This document shows, one piece after another, positions 59,066 to 64,000 of a stretch of DNA of 64,000 nucleotides. The notes beneath the pieces are model-generated. The model did not search any database. It saw only the letters and a program-made list of their open reading frames with translations, and had not been told where the DNA came from. The translations under genes were made by a program, and so were the position numbers. The stretch covers positions 4,160,001-4,224,000 of the forward strand of contig OZ255836.1 in assembly GCA_965277715.1 (NCBI GenBank), written 5' to 3'. Within the stretch, counting starts at the first letter, position 1; the number at the start of each line of letters is the position of its first letter. Source of the DNA: Gammaproteobacteria bacterium (GTDB lineage: Bacteria; Pseudomonadota; Gammaproteobacteria; JBCCGL01).

Positions 59066-60391
59066 TTATTCTTCAATCTGTTGCAACAGCCAGCGTGCCG
59101 TTCTGAACAGTCTGGCATCGTCACCCCTGGCCGCGACTAATTGTGCCCCAACCGGCAAACCGCCTGACCCCTGGAATAGGGGGAGATTAAGGGCTGGCAT
59201 ACCGCACAATGTCCACAAGGTGCAGAATGCCGGGTCACCTGTGGTGCGTATACCCGGTGCCTCGCCTGCTGCTGAGGGGGTCAGTATTGCATCGTAATCT
59301 TCCAATATGCTGTTTAAAAGCAAGGTGTAGATTTCAATTCGCTCTATGGCGTTGTTGTAATCTGTGGCCAGTATGCGCTGCCCGCTTTCGATCATTTCAC
59401 GCAGTTTTTCGCTCAATTGGTCTGCACCATCGCGGTGGTAGCGGGAGAAGTTTTTTGCCAGGTCGGCTTCCATAATAATACGCTGGTGTTCCAATGCGGT
59501 GTCGAATTCTGCTGCGAGGTCAACCACATCGACCGGTGAGCCGATGTGTTCGATCAGTTCTTTGAAGGCTTCTTTTGTCGCATCGTCCGCACGTTCCCAG
59601 ACGGGGGTGCGAACAAAGGCGATGCGGGGCTCCACCGGTGGCGGCGTCGCCATAACCTGGCCAATATAGGGCCGGGCTTGTGGGCGCATGGCCCTGTCCC
59701 TGGCATCGTAGACCATTAAGGTATCTGCAATTAGCGCGAGGTCGTCGAGGTTGCGCGCAAATACACCGACTGTATCGAGCGCGTGGGATTGTTTGAGCAC
59801 ACCGTATCGGGAGATTCTGCCATAGCTGGGTTTGAAGCCGAATACACCACAAAATGAGGCGGGGCGAATCACCGAGCCGTTGGTTTGTGTACCGACCGCC
59901 AGGGGTGTCATATAGGCGGCCACGGCGGCGGCAGAACCGCTTGAGGAGCCACCGGGGGTGTGTGCAGGGTTGTGCGGGTTGCGGGTTTTACCGGGGGCGT
60001 ATACCGCCAGTTCAGTGGTGACTGTTTTGCCCAGTATAATCGCGCCCGCTTCACGCAGTGTACCGATCAAGCTGGCATCTGTGGACGGGGTTCTACCGGT
60101 GCACAGTGCCGTGCCGTATTCGGTGGGTAGGCTGGCGGTGTCGATAATGTCTTTAATACCGACGGGCACACCGTGTAATGGCCCGGTGGGCCTGCCGTGG
60201 CTGTGCAATTGGTCAGCCTGGCGTGCCTGCTCCAGGGCCAATCCGGCGTCGAGGTGCGCCCAGGCGCCGATGTCCGGCTCAAATTCACTGATTCTGTCGA
60301 GGCAGGATTGCACCAGTTGCCCGGCGGTGATGCTGCCTTCCCGGATAGCCTCAGCGGCTGCGGTGGCGCTAAGTTGATTACCCTGCATCAT
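59066..60391 (-). CDS. Amidase-signature family protein
   Basis: GPLHGVPVGIKD, PGGSSSGSAAAVA, GTQTNGSVIRPA. Confidence 0.93.
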   Translation of the reverse strand: MMQGNQLSATAAAEAIREGSITAGQLVQSCLDRISEFEPDIGAWAHLDAGLALEQARQADQLHSHGRPTGPLHGVPVGIKDIIDTASLPTEYGTALCTGRTPSTDASLIGTLREAGAIILGKTVTTELAVYAPGKTRNPHNPAHTPGGSSSGSAAAVAAYMTPLAVGTQTNGSVIRPASFCGVFGFKPSYGRISRYGVLKQSHALDTVGVFARNLDDLALIADTLMVYDARDRAMRPQARPYIGQVMATPPPVEPRIAFVRTPVWERADDATKEAFKELIEHIGSPVDVVDLAAEFDTALEHQRIIMEADLAKNFSRYHRDGADQLSEKLREMIESGQRILATDYNNAIERIEIYTLLLNSILEDYDAILTPSAAGEAPGIRTTGDPAFCTLWTLCGMPALNLPLFQGSGGLPVGAQLVAARGDDARLFRTARWLLQQIEE

Positions 60392-61740
60392 TATTTTCCA
60401 AACAGCGCTTCAGGCAGCCAAAGTACCAGTGACGGGACGTTGTATATAATTACCATCGCCAGAATCACGATCAATAAATAAGGCATGATGCCGCGAAAGA
60501 TTTCCATTAGCTGGATGTGGGGTGGGGCCACGCCTTTCAGGTAGTAGGCGGCCATCGCCATCGGCGGTGTCAGAAAGGAGGTCTGTAGATTGAGTGCCAC
60601 CAATATACCAAAAAACAGCGGGTCGACGTTGAAGGTCGCCAGCATTGGCAGAAAGATCGGCACGAAGATAATGATGATCTCGGTCCACTCCAATGGCCAG
60701 CCCAGCAGAAAAATAATTGCCTGGGCGAGTATCAGAAAGCCCACGGTGCTGAGGTCGAGCGACAGTACCCATTGGTTAATCAGTTCGTGCCCACCGAGGT
60801 AGGAGAATACGGCGGCAAACGTCCACGAGCCAACAAACAACCAGCACACCATCGCCGAGGTTTTGGCGGTGAGGTAAACCGCTTCTTTCAGGCGTTCCCA
60901 GGAGAGTGTGCGGTACAGTGCCGCCAGGAGCAGGCCGCCAAAAGCGCCGACGCCAGCCGCTTCAGCCGGTGTTGCCAGCCCTAGCAGGATGGCGCCCAGG
61001 ACGCTCAGTATCAGTATCGCCAGTGGCACAAATGAGGTGAGTAACTCCCACAGAATTTTACCCATTGGGGGAATGTCCTCTTCGCGTGGCTTCGGCGCCA
61101 GCGAAGGGTTGAGTGCCGCACGACCAACGACATAGATCATATACATGCCCGCCAGCATCAGGCCGGGGATCATGGCGGCGGCGTATAAGCGCAAGGGCGA
61201 TATTTCGGCTATCGCCGAGTAGACGATGAGCATGATAGACGGTGGAATCAGAATGCCAAGACAGCCCCCGGCGCAAATCACACCCGTGGCAAAACGGTGG
61301 TCGTAACCCGCTTTGAGCATGGCGGGCAGGGCCAGCATGCCCATCAGGGTGACCACTGCGCCAATGATGCCCGTCGCGGTGGCAAACACTGAGCAAGTGA
61401 CCAGCGCGGCCACTGCCATAGAGCCAGGCAGGTTGCGGGCGGCGAGCTGGATGCTGAAAAACAGGCGGTTAACGATGTTGGCGCGCTCAACCACGTAGCC
61501 CATGAATAAGAATAGCGGTACGGCTACCAGCACGTCGTTAGACATGACGGAAAAGGTATTTTGTACAAATAAATCAAAAATGCGGTTATCGAATAAGTGA
61601 TCCATACGAAAGGGGTCGTAGTAGGCGTAGTAGCCAAAACCGATGCCCATAGCGATCAGGGTGAAGGCGATTGGAAAGCCGAGCAGAACCATGAAGATAA
61701 ACAGGCCCAGCATCATAATGGCGATTTGTGGGTCGGTCAT
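60391..61740 (-). CDS. dctM: TRAP transporter large permease
   Basis: AVPLFLFMG, GCLGILIPPSIMLI, NLQTSFLTPP. Confidence 0.93.
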   Translation of the reverse strand: MTDPQIAIMMLGLFIFMVLLGFPIAFTLIAMGIGFGYYAYYDPFRMDHLFDNRIFDLFVQNTFSVMSNDVLVAVPLFLFMGYVVERANIVNRLFFSIQLAARNLPGSMAVAALVTCSVFATATGIIGAVVTLMGMLALPAMLKAGYDHRFATGVICAGGCLGILIPPSIMLIVYSAIAEISPLRLYAAAMIPGLMLAGMYMIYVVGRAALNPSLAPKPREEDIPPMGKILWELLTSFVPLAILILSVLGAILLGLATPAEAAGVGAFGGLLLAALYRTLSWERLKEAVYLTAKTSAMVCWLFVGSWTFAAVFSYLGGHELINQWVLSLDLSTVGFLILAQAIIFLLGWPLEWTEIIIIFVPIFLPMLATFNVDPLFFGILVALNLQTSFLTPPMAMAAYYLKGVAPPHIQLMEIFRGIMPYLLIVILAMVIIYNVPSLVLWLPEALFGK

Positions 61741-62324
61741 GATGCCTGCTCCTGGTGTTGTGCCGTTTGTTGTTCACGCATCAGCCTGGTTTCTGTTTCC
61801 TGCACATCGTGAAGCCGGGCGGGCCACTGGCCGGTTTTTATACAGATAATGCAGCGTACCGACTCGGCGAATCCCTGTAATAGTACTAACAGACCGGCAA
61901 TTGGAATTAACGATTTGAAAAAGTAGATCTGGATGCGCGAGGGGCTGCTCCAGCTCACTTCTTTGTAAAACCAGGAATCTGAGGCGAACCAGTAACCGTA
62001 GTAAAGCAGTGCTACAGCACCTGGCGCCAGAAACAGGATGTATAGCACCAAATCGATACTGGCTTGTACCCGTAGTGGCAGCAGGCGGTAAACCACATCA
62101 CCGCGCACGTGTGCACCCTGTGACAATGCGTAGGCACCGGCCATCATAAACAGCGCGCCGTACATTTGTACGCTCATATCGAAAGCCCACACGGTGGGGG
62201 CATTGAGCACGTAGCGAACGAACACTTCGTAGCAGGTGGAAAATGTCAGGATAAGGATGCACCAGGCGAATGTTTTACCCATCCAGGCACTGAGGTTATC
62301 GATAAAGTGGAGTAGTCGGGTCAT
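61737..62324 (-). CDS. dctQ: TRAP transporter small permease
   Basis: YEV..RY..NAPT.WAFD, HVRGD, four TM helices. Confidence 0.92.
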   Translation of the reverse strand: MTRLLHFIDNLSAWMGKTFAWCILILTFSTCYEVFVRYVLNAPTVWAFDMSVQMYGALFMMAGAYALSQGAHVRGDVVYRLLPLRVQASIDLVLYILFLAPGAVALLYYGYWFASDSWFYKEVSWSSPSRIQIYFFKSLIPIAGLLVLLQGFAESVRCIICIKTGQWPARLHDVQETETRLMREQQTAQHQEQAS

Positions 62325-62350
62325 GGCGGGATACCGCAGAGGGAAGGCGT

Positions 62351-62386
62351 AAAAAACGAGGGGTGGTGCAAAAAGGCACCACCCCT
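62351..62386 (-). terminator. Hairpin/terminator between dctP and dctQ
   Basis: 11-bp perfect stem AGGGGTGGTGC/GCACCACCCCT followed by CGTTTTTT on the - strand. Confidence 0.75.
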
Positions 62387-62410
62387 GTCAAACACTTATG
62401 CACAGGCTTC

Positions 62411-63532
62411 TTAGAGCTTGCCGTAGTAGTGCTCGTAAGCGCCCCGGTAATCTGGTGCGTTGTTGAGCGCGTAGGCGCCGTGGCGTTTCGCCCAGGCTTT
62501 TTGCGAATCGATGACTTTCTTAAAGAAGTCGTCAGAGGCACTGATACGCTCGACAACCACATCCCAGGCTTTGAGTTGGTCCTGCATCACACTGTCTGGT
62601 GTGCGGTGGACATTGACACCGTAGTCCTGCTTGAGGCTGACCAGATCCTGCGAGTAGCGCTCCATGGCTTTCCAGGCCATATCGGAAGAGGCGGCTTCAG
62701 ATGCGTATTCCAGTATTGCCTGGTGTTCTTCCGGCAATTTTTCATACAGGCCCTTGTTGTAGATAATCTCGAAACATTCCTGTGACTGATGAAAGCTACC
62801 CAGGTGGTAGTCTTTGGAGACATCCTGCATACCAAAGTCTTTATCTGAGGTTGGGTTGTTGAATTCAGCCGCGTCGATTAAGCCGCTTTTCATCGCCGGT
62901 TGAATTTCGCCGCCGGGGAGCTGTACCACGGACATACCCATTTCCTGCAAAACGTCCGCAGCCAGGCCGACTGTGCGGTATTTAAGGCCTTTCATCTGGC
63001 TGGGTTCAGAGATTTTTTCTTTAAACCAGCCCAGTGGCTGGGCGGGCATGGGGCCTGAGAAGAAACCCACCAGATCGAGCCTTAAGCGGTCGTGCATCAG
63101 CTCGTAGTAGAGCTCTTTACCACCACCGTATTGAATCCATCCCATCAGCTCGTTGGCGGTCCAGCCAAAGCAGGGGCCTGTGCCAAACAGTGATGCCACC
63201 GGGCTTTTGGAATACCAGTAAGCGGTGACCAGGTGGGCGCCATCGAGCACGCCTTTGTGCACAGCGGTTTGCATTTCTGCGGTTTTGACCACGGCACCCA
63301 CGCCGAGCAGGTCAATTTTCAGGCTGCCGCCAGACATTTTGTTAACGCGGTTAACGTAGTCCTTGGCAAATTCCAGGAAGATGCCACCACCCCAGGCCGC
63401 CTGAACTTTCAGTACGATAGGTTTGGCCCCGATGGCAAAGGTTGGCAGTGTTGCTGCAGTGGCGCCTGTCGCTAGCGCAGCACCACCTGCTTTGAGGAAT
63501 TTTCTGCGGGATGTTGTCTGTTCATTACTCAT
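62411..63532 (-). CDS. dctP: TRAP substrate-binding protein (TakP/SmoM-like), Tat-exported
   Basis: SRRKFLK Tat signal, QPLGWF, GLKYRT, IDAAEFNNP. Confidence 0.92.
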   Translation of the reverse strand: MSNEQTTSRRKFLKAGGAALATGATAATLPTFAIGAKPIVLKVQAAWGGGIFLEFAKDYVNRVNKMSGGSLKIDLLGVGAVVKTAEMQTAVHKGVLDGAHLVTAYWYSKSPVASLFGTGPCFGWTANELMGWIQYGGGKELYYELMHDRLRLDLVGFFSGPMPAQPLGWFKEKISEPSQMKGLKYRTVGLAADVLQEMGMSVVQLPGGEIQPAMKSGLIDAAEFNNPTSDKDFGMQDVSKDYHLGSFHQSQECFEIIYNKGLYEKLPEEHQAILEYASEAASSDMAWKAMERYSQDLVSLKQDYGVNVHRTPDSVMQDQLKAWDVVVERISASDDFFKKVIDSQKAWAKRHGAYALNNAPDYRGAYEHYYGKL

Positions 63533-63759
63533 AGTTGAAATCTCCGGTGATCTATGTGGTAAATACTTAGTTGGATTACATGCTCCGCGCTACGCCTATT
63601 CTACTGTCGATAGGTTGATTGAATATATGGAGCAGTGCCTGTTAGTTCTGGTATACCAGCGCAAAGACTACGTTACTGTTTGTTAATATGCAAGGTGGCC
63701 GGAAAGTTCTTATCGGTAGCTCGATAGCTCGATAGCGGTGTGTGGCCCGCTGGATAGCA

Positions 63760-64000
63760 TCACACTAATCTGTCACGCGGTGCCTGCCCGCTAAAAATAG
63801 CGTCCAGGTTATCCAGCGCACGAAACCCCATTGCATCCCGGGTTTCATCGGTGGCGCTACCGATATGGGGGAGTAAAAATACATTGTCCAGTTGGCGATA
63901 CTGCGGGTGAATATCACGCGGCTCACCGTTGAACACATCCAGCCCGGCGGCCCACAATTTACCGGATGTCAGTGCATCGATGAGTGCGTCATCATCGACA
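63760..64000 (-). CDS. D-2-hydroxyacid (glyoxylate/glycerate) dehydrogenase, partial
   Basis: AAGLDVF.GEP, LPHIGSAT.ETR.AMG; runs off the window end. Confidence 0.88.
   Translation of the reverse strand, partial: VDDDALIDALTSGKLWAAGLDVFNGEPRDIHPQYRQLDNVFLLPHIGSATDETRDAMGFRALDNLDAIFSGQAPRDRLV

Noticed and set aside
58869-59297. 142-aa + strand ORF after tetR
   Set aside because: Antisense to the amidase and to the better-supported 55-aa membrane ORF

Overview
Chromosomal window of a Gammaproteobacterium, probably a marine sulfur oxidiser (inferred from soxYZ-like genes, a cbbQ/cbbO-type pair and betaine/TRAP transporters). The core content is ubiC (partial), yciK, csiV-mfd, hflKC-yjeT-hisZ-purA, yraN-lpoA / rsmI, the RNase P RNA, the dcw cluster (mraZ to lpxC), pyrD and holA. 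Accessory blocks lie between these: an Rpn nuclease, a stand-alone soxYZ pair whose SoxY has lost the sulfur-carrying GGCGG cysteine, a betaine/methylamine uptake and catabolism block (13.1-22.9 kb), an AT-richer lipoprotein + beta-barrel pair, an orphan CbbQ/CbbO pair, redox genes and a TRAP + amidase operon. The intergenic DNA holds two long hairpins that differ in stem sequence but share a GUA/AGUA internal loop, a diverged ~100-bp dispersed repeat, and three gene remnants (MttB-, Uma2- and Fic-like) marking deletion junctions. Family assignments come from motif recognition only; no database searches were run.
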